From an uncultured Clostridia bacterium (GTDB lineage Bacteria; Bacillota; Clostridia; Christensenellales; CAG-314): a stretch of 64,000 bases of DNA. Below, one piece after another: positions 46,833 to 57,213 of the stretch. Under the pieces are notes generated by a model that did no database searches, had not been told where the DNA came from, and worked only from the letters and a program-made list of their open reading frames with translations. A program made the position numbers and the translations under genes. The DNA lies in contig CAKPYT010000046.1 in assembly GCA_934203075.1 (NCBI GenBank), forward strand, positions 5,531-69,530. The letters are read 5' to 3'. Numbering within the stretch: the stretch's first letter is position 1; each line of letters opens with the position of its first letter.

Positions 46833-49684
46833 GAGACGATATTTACGTTAAAAATGCAAAACAAAACAATTTAAAGGGAATCGACGTTTCGATTCCGCGG
46901 GATAAACTGGTAGTCTTTACGGGGTTATCCGGCAGCGGGAAATCCAGCCTGGCGTTCGATACGATCTTTGCCGAAGGGCAAAGGAGATACGTCGAAAGTT
47001 TGTCTTCCTATGCACGTCAGTTTTTGGGGCAGATGGACAAGCCGGATGTCGAATCCATCGAGGGGTTGTCTCCCGCCATTTCCATCGATCAAAAAACAAC
47101 TTCGTCCAACCCGCGTTCGACCGTCGGTACCGTAACGGAAATTTACGATTATTTAAGGCTTCTGTTTGCCCGTGTCGGCACGCCGTATTGTTATCGATGC
47201 GGCAAAGAAATTACCAAACAAACGGTGGATCAGATTTGTGACCGCGTGATGGCATTGGGGGAGGGGCGCCGGGTGCAGATCCTTGCGCCGGTGGTACGCG
47301 CCCGCAAGGGAGAGCATCAGAAGTTATTGGAACAACTTACCAAAAGCGGATACGTCCGCGTGAAGGTGGACGGAGAGCCGCGCGAACTTGGCGAAGAAAT
47401 CGTATTGGATAAAAAACTGAAACACTCCATCAGCGTCGTAGTGGATCGTCTCGTCATTCGCAAAGAATCCGAGCAGCGTCTGTTCGAAAGCGTGGAAGCG
47501 GCAATGCGTCTGGCAGAGGGGCTGGTTGTGGTGGATTGCGACGGGGCAGAAACGCTCTATTCCGGTAAATTGACCTGCCCGGATTGCGGTGTTTCCATTG
47601 AGGAGTTGGAACCGCGCATGTTCAGTTTCAATAGTCCTTTCGGGGCTTGCCCTACCTGTAAAGGCATTGGCTACCAGCGGGAGATGGACGAGCATCTGTT
47701 GATTCCGGACCCGTCAAAATCTTTGGCGGAAGGGGCGGTAAAACTGATGGGCTTCAGTCTGGATAGCGGCAAAATGATGCGGATGTACTTTGCCGCATTG
47801 CACCGTCGCTACGGGTTGGATCTGAATTGCCCCGTGCAGGATCTGCCGAAAGAGCATTACCGTTTGCTTCTTTACGGAAACAACGGGGAAGAAATCGAAA
47901 TGCAGTATACTTCCGGCACGTTCCACGGCAGTTATACCAAAGCGTGGGAGGGGTTGATCCCCATGTTTTCGCGCAGGTATGCCGAGTCCACCAGCGACAT
48001 GGTGCGTGCGGAATACGAAAAGTATACGATGTTGAAACCCTGCCCGACCTGCGGCGGAAAGAGGTTGAAGAAAGAAGTCCTTTCCGTAAGGATTGCGGGG
48101 AAAAACATCGACGATTTGTGTGAAATGCCGGTAGCAAAATTGCTGCGTTTTTTCGAAACGCTGCAGTTGGATGCCACCAAAGCAAAAATTGCGGAATTGG
48201 TATTGAAAGAAATTTGCGCACGACTTCGTTTTTTAACAAACGTCGGACTGGGCTACCTCACGTTGGCACGCAGTTCGGGCACGCTGTCGGGAGGGGAAGC
48301 ACAGCGCATTCGTCTGGCAACGCAAATCGGCAGCGGGTTGATGGGGGTTTTGTATATTCTGGACGAACCGAGCATCGGCCTGCATCAGCGGGATAACGAT
48401 CGTTTAATCGAAACTCTGAAAAACCTTCGGGACCTCGGCAACACGCTGATTGTCGTAGAGCACGACGAAGACACGATCCGTGCGGCAGATCATCTTGTGG
48501 ATATCGGCCCCGGCGCCGGCATTCACGGGGGCTATCTGGTAGCGCAGGGCACGGTGGCAGATCTGGTAGCCTGCCCGGAATCCGTAACCGGGCAGTTCCT
48601 CAGCGGAAAGCGAGAAATCGTTACGCCGTCTGAGCGTCGCCCCGTAACCGAGCGGAAGTTAAAAGTTTGCGGAGCGCATCAGAATAACCTGAAGAATATC
48701 GACGTTTCGTTTCCCTTGGGGTTACTCACGGTAGTAACGGGCGTTTCCGGCAGCGGAAAATCCAGTTTGGTCAATGAAATTCTGCAGCCGTTTTTGGCAG
48801 AAAAATTAAATAAGGCGAACCACGTTCTGACGAAGGTAGAGAGAATCGAAGGATACGAGCAGTTGGATAAAATCATTTCCATCGATCAAAGCCCCATCGG
48901 GCGCACGCCACGGTCGAATCCGGCGACGTATACGGGGGTGTTCACTGCCATTCGGGAATTGTTTGCCTCCACGCCGGACGCAAAGGAACGCGGGTATAAG
49001 GCGGGCAGATTCAGTTTTAACGTCAGCGGCGGGCGTTGCGACGCCTGCGACGGGGACGGAATTCTGCGCATCGGCATGAATTTTTTGCCGGACGTGTACG
49101 TACCGTGCGAGGTTTGTCACGGGCAGCGCTACAACCGCGAAACGCTGCAGGTAAAGTATAAGGGAAAAAACATTGCGGACGTATTGGATATGACGGTAGA
49201 AGAAGCATTGGAATTTTTCCGTAATATTCCGTCTATCCGCAATAAAATTCAGACGCTGTTCGACGTCGGCCTCGGGTACGTTAAACTGGGGCAATCCGCA
49301 ACGGAGCTTTCCGGAGGGGAAGCGCAGCGCGTAAAATTGGCAACGGAACTTTCCAAGCGCAGCACGGGCAAAACGATTTACGTTCTGGACGAGCCGACCA
49401 CCGGTTTGCACCCTGCGGATGTAGAAAAGCTGATTGCCATTTTGCAGCGCCTGGTCGGCAGCGGGAATACGGTCATTGTCATCGAGCATAATCTGGACGT
49501 CATTCGCGTAGCGGATTATATCATAGATCTCGGCCCGGAAGGCGGGGACGAGGGGGGCACGGTCGTCGCGTGCGGCACTCCGGAGGAAATTGCGGCAAAT
49601 CCGGCAAGTTACACCGGCAAGTATCTGGCAAAAGCCTTGGCGCAGCATCATCATAGCGCGCCGCAGGAGAAAAAGCACGGTTGA
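46829..49684 (+). CDS. uvrA: excinuclease ABC subunit A
   Basis: [51 protein letters not shown]... ATGA overlap with uvrB. Confidence 0.97.
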   Translation: MRDDIYVKNAKQNNLKGIDVSIPRDKLVVFTGLSGSGKSSLAFDTIFAEGQRRYVESLSSYARQFLGQMDKPDVESIEGLSPAISIDQKTTSSNPRSTVGTVTEIYDYLRLLFARVGTPYCYRCGKEITKQTVDQICDRVMALGEGRRVQILAPVVRARKGEHQKLLEQLTKSGYVRVKVDGEPRELGEEIVLDKKLKHSISVVVDRLVIRKESEQRLFESVEAAMRLAEGLVVVDCDGAETLYSGKLTCPDCGVSIEELEPRMFSFNSPFGACPTCKGIGYQREMDEHLLIPDPSKSLAEGAVKLMGFSLDSGKMMRMYFAALHRRYGLDLNCPVQDLPKEHYRLLLYGNNGEEIEMQYTSGTFHGSYTKAWEGLIPMFSRRYAESTSDMVRAEYEKYTMLKPCPTCGGKRLKKEVLSVRIAGKNIDDLCEMPVAKLLRFFETLQLDATKAKIAELVLKEICARLRFLTNVGLGYLTLARSSGTLSGGEAQRIRLATQIGSGLMGVLYILDEPSIGLHQRDNDRLIETLKNLRDLGNTLIVVEHDEDTIRAADHLVDIGPGAGIHGGYLVAQGTVADLVACPESVTGQFLSGKREIVTPSERRPVTERKLKVCGAHQNNLKNIDVSFPLGLLTVVTGVSGSGKSSLVNEILQPFLAEKLNKANHVLTKVERIEGYEQLDKIISIDQSPIGRTPRSNPATYTGVFTAIRELFASTPDAKERGYKAGRFSFNVSGGRCDACDGDGILRIGMNFLPDVYVPCEVCHGQRYNRETLQVKYKGKNIADVLDMTVEEALEFFRNIPSIRNKIQTLFDVGLGYVKLGQSATELSGGEAQRVKLATELSKRSTGKTIYVLDEPTTGLHPADVEKLIAILQRLVGSGNTVIVIEHNLDVIRVADYIIDLGPEGGDEGGTVVACGTPEEIAANPASYTGKYLAKALAQHHHSAPQEKKHG

Positions 49685-49777
49685 CGAACGTTTGTGCGCG
49701 GGGAACGGCAGCCTTTTGCTGCCGGAAAGCAAGCAACGAAAAATTTCGGAAATTTGCGAAAAACCACGAAAAATCGT

Positions 49778-49806
49778 TTGACAAAAAGAAAGTCTTTCGC
49801 TATGAT
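49778..49806 (+). promoter_or_regulatory. sigma-A type promoter of the LIV transporter operon
   Basis: TTGACA, 17-nt spacer, TATGAT. Confidence 0.65.
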
Positions 49807-49835
49807 TAGTGCATAATTTTACGGAGCGAACCGAT

Positions 49836-49934
49836 ATGACGAAACAGCAACGTTTACAACAGAATCAGAACGTCGTCATTATTATGAAGGCCCTTCTAGT
49901 CGGAAGCGGCCTTGGTTTGCGTACAAATAATTGA
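49836..49934 (+). CDS. candidate 32-codon leader peptide rich in Val/Ile/Leu
   Basis: GGAG lies 9 nt upstream. Sequence is MTKQQRLQQNQNVVIIMKALLVGSGLGLRTNN, with 10 of 32 residues being V, I or L, including consecutive VVII. Too short for the ORF track. Confidence 0.3.
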   Translation: MTKQQRLQQNQNVVIIMKALLVGSGLGLRTNN

Positions 49935-49966
49935 CGAAGTAAATTAGGTCAATCATTCGTATTCAA

Positions 49967-50004
49967 AGCAAGGTACACAAAGAACCTTGCTTTTCTTTTT
50001 GTTT
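49967..50004 (+). terminator. leader terminator (attenuator) upstream of the LIV substrate-binding protein gene
   Basis: AGCAAGGT/ACCTTGCT stem followed by TTTCTTTTTGTTT. Lies between the promoter and the start at 50049. Confidence 0.65.
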
Positions 50005-50048
50005 ATAAAGGCAAAGCAAAGCCTTTTCAATAAAACTAGGAGAGGATT

Positions 50049-51242
50049 ATGAAAACAACAGTCAAGTTCATGTGTGTTGCAATGGCAATGTTCGTGTGCT
50101 GCATGGCGTTCGCTGCCTGCGGCGGCAGCGGCTTTACCGTGCCGGATTTCTCGGCAAAGGAAAACATCAAAATCGGTGCAAGCGGACCGTTAACCGGCGA
50201 CGCGGCAATGTACGGAACCGCAGTAAACAACTCTGCAAAAATGGCAGTGAAAGAAATCAACGAAGCGGGCGGCGTCAACGGTGTAATGTTGTCTCTGGAA
50301 ATGATGGACGACGTGCACGATGCCTCCAAAGTGTCCGTAGGATACGCAACGCTGAAAAGCCGCGGCATGCAAGTCAGCCTCGGTTGCGTTACAAGCGCAC
50401 CGTGCCTGGCATGGAAAGCATTAGCCGTGCAGGATAGTTTGTTCTCGATCACGCCTTCCGCAACGAACGACAGCGTTCCGGTAGATGCTCCCAACATGTA
50501 TCAGATGTGCTTTTCGGATTCCAACCAGGGTGCAAGCGCCGCCAGTTACGTCATGGCAAATTACGCAACGGCAAAGGTCGGGGTGTTCTACAAGTCGGAC
50601 GACGCATACTCCAAGGGGATTTTCGATCAGTTCCAAAGTCACTACGATGCAGAAAAGTGGAGCAGCGTAGTGGTAACTTCCTTTACCAGTGCCACCAGTA
50701 CCGACTTCAGTTCTCAGATTCAGCAACTGCAGGCGTGCGATTTCGTGTTTATGCCCATCTACTATCAACCGGCTTCTCTGTTCATGACGCAGGCGCAGTC
50801 TTCTTCCATGGCGTCGAATGTGGTATTCTTCGGTTGTGACGGTTTCGACGGAATCGATGCCGTGCAAGGGTTCGATATCCAAAGCGTCAAACAGGAAGTT
50901 TCCTATCTGTCTCACTTCGACTCTTCCGCAACGACCGGCAAAACAGGGGAATTCATCAAAAACTACAAAGAAAACTTCGGGGAACAAACGCTCAGCCAGT
51001 TCGGGGCGTCGGCTTACGATTGCGTCTACGCAATTGCCAAAGCATTGAAAGCGGCAATGGATGCAGGCAAAACGGTCAACGGCAGCACCTCTATGGCAGA
51101 AATGAATCAGATTCTGCAAGAGCAGTTCCAAAGTGAAAGTTTCCGTTTCGACGGGGCAACGGGCAGCAACATCACGTGGAATGCGGACGGTACCGTTGTA
51201 AAAATGCCTGTCAAATACGTAGTGAAAGAAGCGTCGAAATAA
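50049..51242 (+). CDS. branched-chain amino acid ABC transporter substrate-binding lipoprotein (LivJ/K family)
   Basis: Lipobox AFAACGG. Type I periplasmic binding fold features (IKIGASGPLTGDAAMYG). Confidence 0.88.
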   Translation: MKTTVKFMCVAMAMFVCCMAFAACGGSGFTVPDFSAKENIKIGASGPLTGDAAMYGTAVNNSAKMAVKEINEAGGVNGVMLSLEMMDDVHDASKVSVGYATLKSRGMQVSLGCVTSAPCLAWKALAVQDSLFSITPSATNDSVPVDAPNMYQMCFSDSNQGASAASYVMANYATAKVGVFYKSDDAYSKGIFDQFQSHYDAEKWSSVVVTSFTSATSTDFSSQIQQLQACDFVFMPIYYQPASLFMTQAQSSSMASNVVFFGCDGFDGIDAVQGFDIQSVKQEVSYLSHFDSSATTGKTGEFIKNYKENFGEQTLSQFGASAYDCVYAIAKALKAAMDAGKTVNGSTSMAEMNQILQEQFQSESFRFDGATGSNITWNADGTVVKMPVKYVVKEASK

Positions 51243-51261
51243 GACCTTTCCGGAGAAAGTC

Positions 51262-52134
51262 ATGTCAATTTTAACAACAATACTCAACGGCCTGAGCATC
51301 GGGGGCGTTTACGCCCTCATTGCTTTGGGCTATACCATGGTATACGGCATTGCAAAAATGCTGAATTTCGCCCACGGCGATATCATCATGGTAGGGGGCT
51401 ACACCATCATGGTGGCCTTTAACATCACAAAATCATCCATAGCGGCCACCTGTGTTGCCATTGTGCTATGCGTGGCAATGGGAATTGCCATTGAGTTTTT
51501 TGCGTATCGTCCGTTGCGCGGTGCTTCGCCTCTCGCGGTTTTAATTACCGCAATCGGCGTAAGTTATTTGTTGCAAAGCGTGGCGCAAATGGTTTTCGGC
51601 ACGGCAACGTTAATGGTCTTGTTTCCGTCTTTGGGTATGGCGAATCTGTTCGGCATGCAAATCAGTTGGGCAACGCTGTTGACTTTGGGCGTTGCGGCGG
51701 TCATCATGGTAGCATTAACCCTGTTTGTAAATCATACCAAAACAGGCAGAGCCATGGTTGCCGTTTCGGAGGATCGCGAGGCGGCTCAGTTAATGGGCAT
51801 CAGCGTAAACGGCATGATCGTCCTCACGTTCGCCATCGGCTCCGCCCTGGCGGCCGTGGCAGGCGCGTTTTACATTCTGAAAGCCCCGCAGGTTTACGTG
51901 ACTATGGGCGCTATGCCGGGTATTAAAGCGTTTACGGCGGCCGTCATCGGCGGCATCGGGTCTATTCCCGGGGCAATGCTCGGGGGGCTGTTGCTCGGCA
52001 TCATCGAAATGCTTTGCAGCGGCGTGCCGGCACTCGCTCCGTACACGGTGGCAATCGAGTTTGCGCTGCTCATCTTAATTCTGTTGGTAAAGCCGACGGG
52101 TTTATTGGGCAAGAAGAAGAGGGAGAAGGTGTAA
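51262..52134 (+). CDS. livH: branched-chain amino acid ABC transporter permease
   Basis: LNGLSIGGVYALIALGYTMVYG...NFAHGD signature. Confidence 0.9.
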   Translation: MSILTTILNGLSIGGVYALIALGYTMVYGIAKMLNFAHGDIIMVGGYTIMVAFNITKSSIAATCVAIVLCVAMGIAIEFFAYRPLRGASPLAVLITAIGVSYLLQSVAQMVFGTATLMVLFPSLGMANLFGMQISWATLLTLGVAAVIMVALTLFVNHTKTGRAMVAVSEDREAAQLMGISVNGMIVLTFAIGSALAAVAGAFYILKAPQVYVTMGAMPGIKAFTAAVIGGIGSIPGAMLGGLLLGIIEMLCSGVPALAPYTVAIEFALLILILLVKPTGLLGKKKREKV

Positions 52135-52135
52135 A

Positions 52136-53326
52136 ATGGAAAAACGAACCTATTTCAGTTACGTAAAAAACAGCTTCAAACTCAAAAACTTTATCAGTTA
52201 TTTCGTCATTTTATTCGTCATGGGCGTTTGCGGCATTGTAACGGCAACGGGCAACATGTCCATGCTGACGCAGCTGCTGTTCGAGCAAATCGGCTATAGC
52301 ATTGTGTTGGCACTGTCCTTAGGGTTGGTCGTCGGATTTTTGGGAGAACTGTCCTTGGGGCATGCCGGGTTTATGTGCCTCGGTGCCTACCTCGGCGCCT
52401 ATTTGCAAAAGGCGTTGCTGCCAGGGCTCACGGCGTCGTCTCCGTTTTTGTCGTTGGTGCTTGCCATGATCTTCGGCGGGTTGGTTGCGGCGATTTTCGG
52501 ATTGATCATCGGCCTGCCGACTTTGCGCCTGAAGGGGGATTATCTTGCCATCGTAACGCTGGCTTTCGGCGAAATCGTGCGGACGGTGTTCCAGAATTCC
52601 GAAACGTTCGGCGCCGCCATCGGCATGGATACCTATCGGTTTGACTATAAGTATCTGTTGTTTCTCTGCTTCGGCGTGGTGCTGATTACGCTTGCCGTAA
52701 TACAAAACCTCATCAAAAGCAAGCACGGGCGTGCCATCATGGCCATTCGGGATAACGAAATTGCCGCGCGCGCCATGGGGGTAAACGTCACGTTCTACAA
52801 ACTTTCGGTGTTTGTGCTTTCCGCCTTTTTTGCGGGAGTCGCCGGGGTGCTGTACAGCAACGCGAATACACACATCACAAGCACGACGTTCGATTATAAC
52901 TATTCCATCAATATTCTGGTGATGGTGGTACTGGGGGGGATGGGCAGCATTAACGGCAGTATGATTGCCGCCGCCGTCATTACCTACCTCAACACAAAAC
53001 TGGCCACCGTCTTTACGGGGGATCTTGCGGCGGTACGCAATCTGATTTACGCATTGGTGCTGATTGTCATCGTAATTTACAACAATGCCCCGGCGTTGAA
53101 AGGCTTCCGCACGAAATACAACTTCCGCAAGTTGTGGGATGCCGTACGAAAAAAACTGTTTGCAAAAAAACGAACGCCCCAATCCGAGGAGGCGCGTCAG
53201 GTGGATTTTCCTGCGGACTGGAGCGAAATCCCTACCAAAATCGAGATGGACGCCATTCTTTCGACGGACTTGAAGACGGACCACACCTACACTCCGGATC
53301 AGCCGAAAAACAAAGGAGGTAAGTAA
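52136..53326 (+). CDS. livM: branched-chain amino acid ABC transporter permease
   Basis: GELSLGHAGFMCLGAY...LRLKGDYLAIVTLAFGEIVR signature, with a C-terminal hydrophilic extension. Confidence 0.88.
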   Translation: MEKRTYFSYVKNSFKLKNFISYFVILFVMGVCGIVTATGNMSMLTQLLFEQIGYSIVLALSLGLVVGFLGELSLGHAGFMCLGAYLGAYLQKALLPGLTASSPFLSLVLAMIFGGLVAAIFGLIIGLPTLRLKGDYLAIVTLAFGEIVRTVFQNSETFGAAIGMDTYRFDYKYLLFLCFGVVLITLAVIQNLIKSKHGRAIMAIRDNEIAARAMGVNVTFYKLSVFVLSAFFAGVAGVLYSNANTHITSTTFDYNYSINILVMVVLGGMGSINGSMIAAAVITYLNTKLATVFTGDLAAVRNLIYALVLIVIVIYNNAPALKGFRTKYNFRKLWDAVRKKLFAKKRTPQSEEARQVDFPADWSEIPTKIEMDAILSTDLKTDHTYTPDQPKNKGGK

Positions 53327-53327
53327 C

Positions 53328-54101
53328 GTGGCGAATTACGTATTGGAAACAAAGGACCTCGGCATTGCTTTCGGCGGATTGCACGCAGTGGAAGGGGTCT
53401 CCCTGAAAATCGAAAAGGGGATGCTCTATGGACTGATCGGTCCGAACGGCGCCGGCAAAACCACCATGTTCAACCTGCTTACGGGCGTGTATAAACCCAC
53501 TACCGGCTCGGTATATCTCGACGGGCAGGACGTCACCGGCAAATCGCAGGAAGAAATGAATCGTTTGGGCATTGCCAGAACGTTTCAGAATATCCGGTTG
53601 TTTAATAATCTGAGCGTCATCAAAAACGTGCTGGTAGGCATGGCCAATCTGCCGCAGTATCGCTGCACGCCGTTACAGTCTATCCTGCGGTTGCGCCGTC
53701 ACTACGAAGTCGAAAGTCAAATGCGGGACAAGGCAAAAGAGCTTCTGCAGGTTTTCGGTTTGCTGGAGGAGCGTAACCAAATCGCAACGAATCTGCCTTA
53801 TGGAAAGCAGCGCAAACTGGAAATTGTCCGTGCCCTCGCTACGGAGCCGAAACTGTTGTTGTTGGACGAACCCGCCGCCGGCATGAATCCCCAGGAAACG
53901 ATCGAGTTGATGAACACGATCCGCTTCGTGCGGGATCGCTTCCGGGTAACGATTCTGTTGATTGAGCACGATATGAAACTGATTACGGGCATCTGCGACG
54001 AATTAACCGTGTTGAACTTTGGTAAAGTTTTGGCACAAGGCAAGCCGGACGAAGTGCTGCGGAATCCGGAAGTGGTAAAAGCGTATCTGGGGGCAGACTA
54101 A
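53328..54101 (+). CDS. livG: branched-chain amino acid ABC transporter ATP-binding protein
   Basis: [42 protein letters not shown] start after GGAGG. Confidence 0.92.
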   Translation: MANYVLETKDLGIAFGGLHAVEGVSLKIEKGMLYGLIGPNGAGKTTMFNLLTGVYKPTTGSVYLDGQDVTGKSQEEMNRLGIARTFQNIRLFNNLSVIKNVLVGMANLPQYRCTPLQSILRLRRHYEVESQMRDKAKELLQVFGLLEERNQIATNLPYGKQRKLEIVRALATEPKLLLLDEPAAGMNPQETIELMNTIRFVRDRFRVTILLIEHDMKLITGICDELTVLNFGKVLAQGKPDEVLRNPEVVKAYLGAD

Positions 54102-54102
54102 T

Positions 54103-54816
54103 ATGGCATTGTTACGAGTAGAAAATCTGAAAGTCAGCTATGGCATGATTCGCGCCATCAAGGGGATTTCTTTCGAGGTGAACGAGGGGGAAATCGTGGC
54201 GTTGATCGGTGCCAACGGCGCCGGAAAAACCACAACACTGCATGCCGTCAACGGATTGATTGCCCCGGAAGAGGGGACCATCGAGTTTGACGGGCACGTA
54301 TTGAATAACGTCCCTGCGCACAAAATCGTAACGTATGGTTTAACGCAGGTGCCGGAAGGCCGCAGAATTTTTCAGGAACTGACCGTCAAGGACAATCTGA
54401 AAATGGGCGCGTTTTCCCGAAAGGACAAAAAGGAATGGGAGGAAACGCTCGCCAACGTCTACGAAAAGTTTCCCATTCTGAAGGAGCGTTCTTCACAAAT
54501 TGCCGGGACGCTTTCCGGCGGGGAACAACAAATGCTGGCCGTCGGCCGTGCTATGATGTCTCATCCCAAAATGCTGTTGCTGGATGAGCCGAGTATGGGG
54601 CTCTCTCCCTTGTACGTAGATACGATTTTCCGCACGATTGAAGAAATCAATCGGGAAGGGACAACGATTCTTCTGGTGGAGCAAAATGCGAAAAAAGCCC
54701 TGACGCTTGCCGACCGTGCTTACATCATCGAAACGGGTAAAATCACCCAAACGGGCACCGGATCCGAATTGCTGCATGACGAATCGGTTCAGCGGGCCTA
54801 TCTCGGAGAGGTATAG
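54103..54816 (+). CDS. livF: branched-chain amino acid ABC transporter ATP-binding protein
   Basis: LIGANGAGKTTT, LSGGEQQMLAVGRA, LLLDEPSMGLSP. Confidence 0.92.
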   Translation: MALLRVENLKVSYGMIRAIKGISFEVNEGEIVALIGANGAGKTTTLHAVNGLIAPEEGTIEFDGHVLNNVPAHKIVTYGLTQVPEGRRIFQELTVKDNLKMGAFSRKDKKEWEETLANVYEKFPILKERSSQIAGTLSGGEQQMLAVGRAMMSHPKMLLLDEPSMGLSPLYVDTIFRTIEEINREGTTILLVEQNAKKALTLADRAYIIETGKITQTGTGSELLHDESVQRAYLGEV

Positions 54817-54942
54817 AAACTCCCTGCAAAACAAAAGAACAAGGCACGATTTGTGTCGTTTTCTGATCCTCAGGCGCAACACACTCTCTGCGCATAAACC
54901 GCAAAAGGAGAAAACCTTTTGCACCTAACGAAAGACGAAAAA

Positions 54943-54970
54943 AGGATTGCAAAAATTGCAATCCCTTTTT
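54943..54970 (+). terminator. Rho-independent terminator of the LIV operon (bidirectional shape)
   Basis: GGATTGCA/TGCAATCC stem, A6 upstream and T6 downstream. Confidence 0.8.
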
Positions 54971-55032
54971 TCGTTCAGAACAGAATCGTAAAACAGGTGG
55001 GGGGATCCGTAAAAGAAAACGAAATCAGGGGA

Positions 55033-55063
55033 AAAGAACAACAAAAAAAGCACTTGGAAATCA
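55033..55063 (-). terminator. Rho-independent terminator of the pyk operon (bidirectional shape)
   Basis: AGCACTTG/CAAGTGCT stem, A7 on the + side (T7 on the - strand). Lies 24 nt past the stop of the - strand gene. Confidence 0.75.
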
Positions 55064-55086
55064 AGTGCTTTTTGTATACGGTAAAA

Positions 55087-55500
55087 CTAATTCTGAAAGG
55101 GATCCATCGTTTCTCTCATATTCAGCAATGCGTATCGGTTCCGGATTTCCGCAAGCGTGTCGTCAAGGAGAGCGGCATACTTTTTACCGCAGCGCCTTGC
55201 TGTTCGGTAAAGGATCTCGCCGGTAATACAAATGGTCACTAAAACACAAGCCAGCACAAGGAATTTCACATGGATGTCCCCGGTGTAGATGTAATTCATT
55301 AACACTTTGGCGATGCAAAGCCCGGCCCCGATGCCGAAAGTGTAGCTAAATACATAATACAGAGTTTTCAGCAGGCGTAAATTGCGAAAAAATTTGGTTT
55401 TTTCGGCAAAAGCGTTTACCCGGTCGTTAAATTCATCGAGTTGTGCTCTGTTCATGGATTTTACGTCTTTGTTTTGAATTTCTTTCGCGTCTGTTTTCAT
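55087..55500 (-). CDS. hypothetical membrane protein (137 aa)
   Basis: ORF lies 54 nt downstream of pyk on the same strand and has two hydrophobic helices (YYVFSYTFGIGAGLCIAKVL, FLVLACVLVTICITG). No family recognised. Confidence 0.55.
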   Translation of the reverse strand: MKTDAKEIQNKDVKSMNRAQLDEFNDRVNAFAEKTKFFRNLRLLKTLYYVFSYTFGIGAGLCIAKVLMNYIYTGDIHVKFLVLACVLVTICITGEILYRTARRCGKKYAALLDDTLAEIRNRYALLNMRETMDPFQN

Positions 55501-55554
55501 AACTTCTCCTTGTCGCTTGAAAGCAAGGGCAGCCTTTGGGGGCTTTCGTAACGA

Positions 55555-56967
55555 TTACGGAATCGGCTCTACCTGTACCAGGTTCGTGCTGCCCGTAATC
55601 TGCAAATTTCCGCTGGTGATAATGACGTTATCTCCTTTGCGCAGGTGCAGAACCTTTTTGGCAAGGAGCAACCCTTCCTGAATCATGGCGGAGTGGTCGT
55701 CCTGTTCCGGCAGAATCACGGGAATGACGCCCCAACTCAGGGCGAGCCGCCGCCGACTCTTTTCGTAGGGGGTCATGCCCAGGATGGGGGCCGACGGGCG
55801 AAAGCGGGAAATCATCCGGCAGGTCATGCCGCTGCAGGAGTGGACGCAAATGGCTTTTGCATTGAGGTCCAGCGCCATGCAGCAGACGGAGTGGGAAATC
55901 GCATCCATCGTGTTTTCCATATGAAAATCCATTCGGTGGAAATTCTTTTTGTAAGAAAGGTGCTTCTCCGTTTCTTCCGCAATGGCAGACATCGTCTGCA
56001 ATGCCAGTACCGGGTGTTTGCCTGCCGCGGTTTCGCCGCTCAGCATAATGGCGCTGCTTCCGTCGTAAATCGCGTTGGCCACGTCCGAAATTTCCGCGCG
56101 CGTCGGGCGCTGGTTCTGAATCATGCTTTCCAGCATTTCCGTGGCGGTAATCACGCGTTTTCCCATCAAACGGCAGGTCGTAATGATTCTTTTTTGCAGG
56201 GAGGGTAATTCCACAAAGGGGATTTCTACGCCGAGATCTCCGCGGGCAATCATGATGCCGCTGCAAACGTCCGCAATTTCTTTCAGGTTGTCTACCCCGC
56301 TTTGGTTTTCGATTTTTGCTATCAGTTCAATATCTTCGCCGCCGTTTTGTTGCAAAAATTCCTTTACGGCAAGAATGTCCTCCTTGCGGGAGACAAACGA
56401 ACAGGCAATATAATCCACCTCGTGCCGGATGCCGAACAAAAGGTCTTGTTTGTCCTGCTCCGAAAGGAAGGGGCGTTGAATCAACCGATGCGGAAAACTC
56501 ATGCTTTTGCGGTCGGACAGGATTCCTCCGCACAGAACAACGCAAATCAGGTCCGTTGCGGTTTTATCGGTAACCCGAAGTTTGATCAGTCCATTGTTTA
56601 CCAGAACCTCGTCTCCGATTTGCACGTCCTGAATAATTTCCGGTACGTTCACCGATACTTCCTGCTCGTTCCCGATGATTTCCCGCAAGGTAAAACGAAA
56701 CTCGTTTCCCTCCTGCAAGGTGACGGAACCGTTTTCAAAGGTTTGAATGCGATATTCCGGTCCTTTTGTGTCCAGCATGACGGCAACGGGCAGGTCCAGT
56801 TCCGTCCGCAGACGTTCGATGCGTTGCATCGTCTCTGCGTGATCGGCATGCGACCCGTGCGAAAAGTTTAATCTGGCAACGTTCATTCCGTTTTGCATCA
56901 ATTGTTTCAGCGTGTCTTCCTCGCGGCTGGCGGGGCCGATGGTGCAAATGATTTTCGTTCTTCTCAT
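55555..56967 (-). CDS. pyk: pyruvate kinase
   Basis: MRRTKIICTIGPAS...NVARLNFSHG...MIARGDLGVEIP... Confidence 0.95.
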   Translation of the reverse strand: MRRTKIICTIGPASREEDTLKQLMQNGMNVARLNFSHGSHADHAETMQRIERLRTELDLPVAVMLDTKGPEYRIQTFENGSVTLQEGNEFRFTLREIIGNEQEVSVNVPEIIQDVQIGDEVLVNNGLIKLRVTDKTATDLICVVLCGGILSDRKSMSFPHRLIQRPFLSEQDKQDLLFGIRHEVDYIACSFVSRKEDILAVKEFLQQNGGEDIELIAKIENQSGVDNLKEIADVCSGIMIARGDLGVEIPFVELPSLQKRIITTCRLMGKRVITATEMLESMIQNQRPTRAEISDVANAIYDGSSAIMLSGETAAGKHPVLALQTMSAIAEETEKHLSYKKNFHRMDFHMENTMDAISHSVCCMALDLNAKAICVHSCSGMTCRMISRFRPSAPILGMTPYEKSRRRLALSWGVIPVILPEQDDHSAMIQEGLLLAKKVLHLRKGDNVIITSGNLQITGSTNLVQVEPIP

Positions 56968-57154
56968 AAATTCTCCTAAACGTAAACGGTACGGAATTTG
57001 AAATCTGTTTTATTATACTACATCCTTTCGTACGGCGCAAGAGGAGTTTTGCTTCCTTTTGCATTCTCTTGCGCAAGAAACGGAAACTTTCCGTGAGGTG
57101 CGCGTCAAACCGGCAGTTCGTGCACAAAACAAGGCGCTTTTTTTGACGAAGGTG

Positions 57155-57183
57155 TTTACAAAACGGAAAATATACGATATGAT
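57155..57183 (+). promoter_or_regulatory. candidate sigma-A promoter
   Basis: TTTACA, 17-nt spacer, TATGAT, upstream of the NYN-domain gene. Confidence 0.5.
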
Positions 57184-57213
57184 ACCACTACGGAACCAAT
57201 GGAGGTATTGAAT

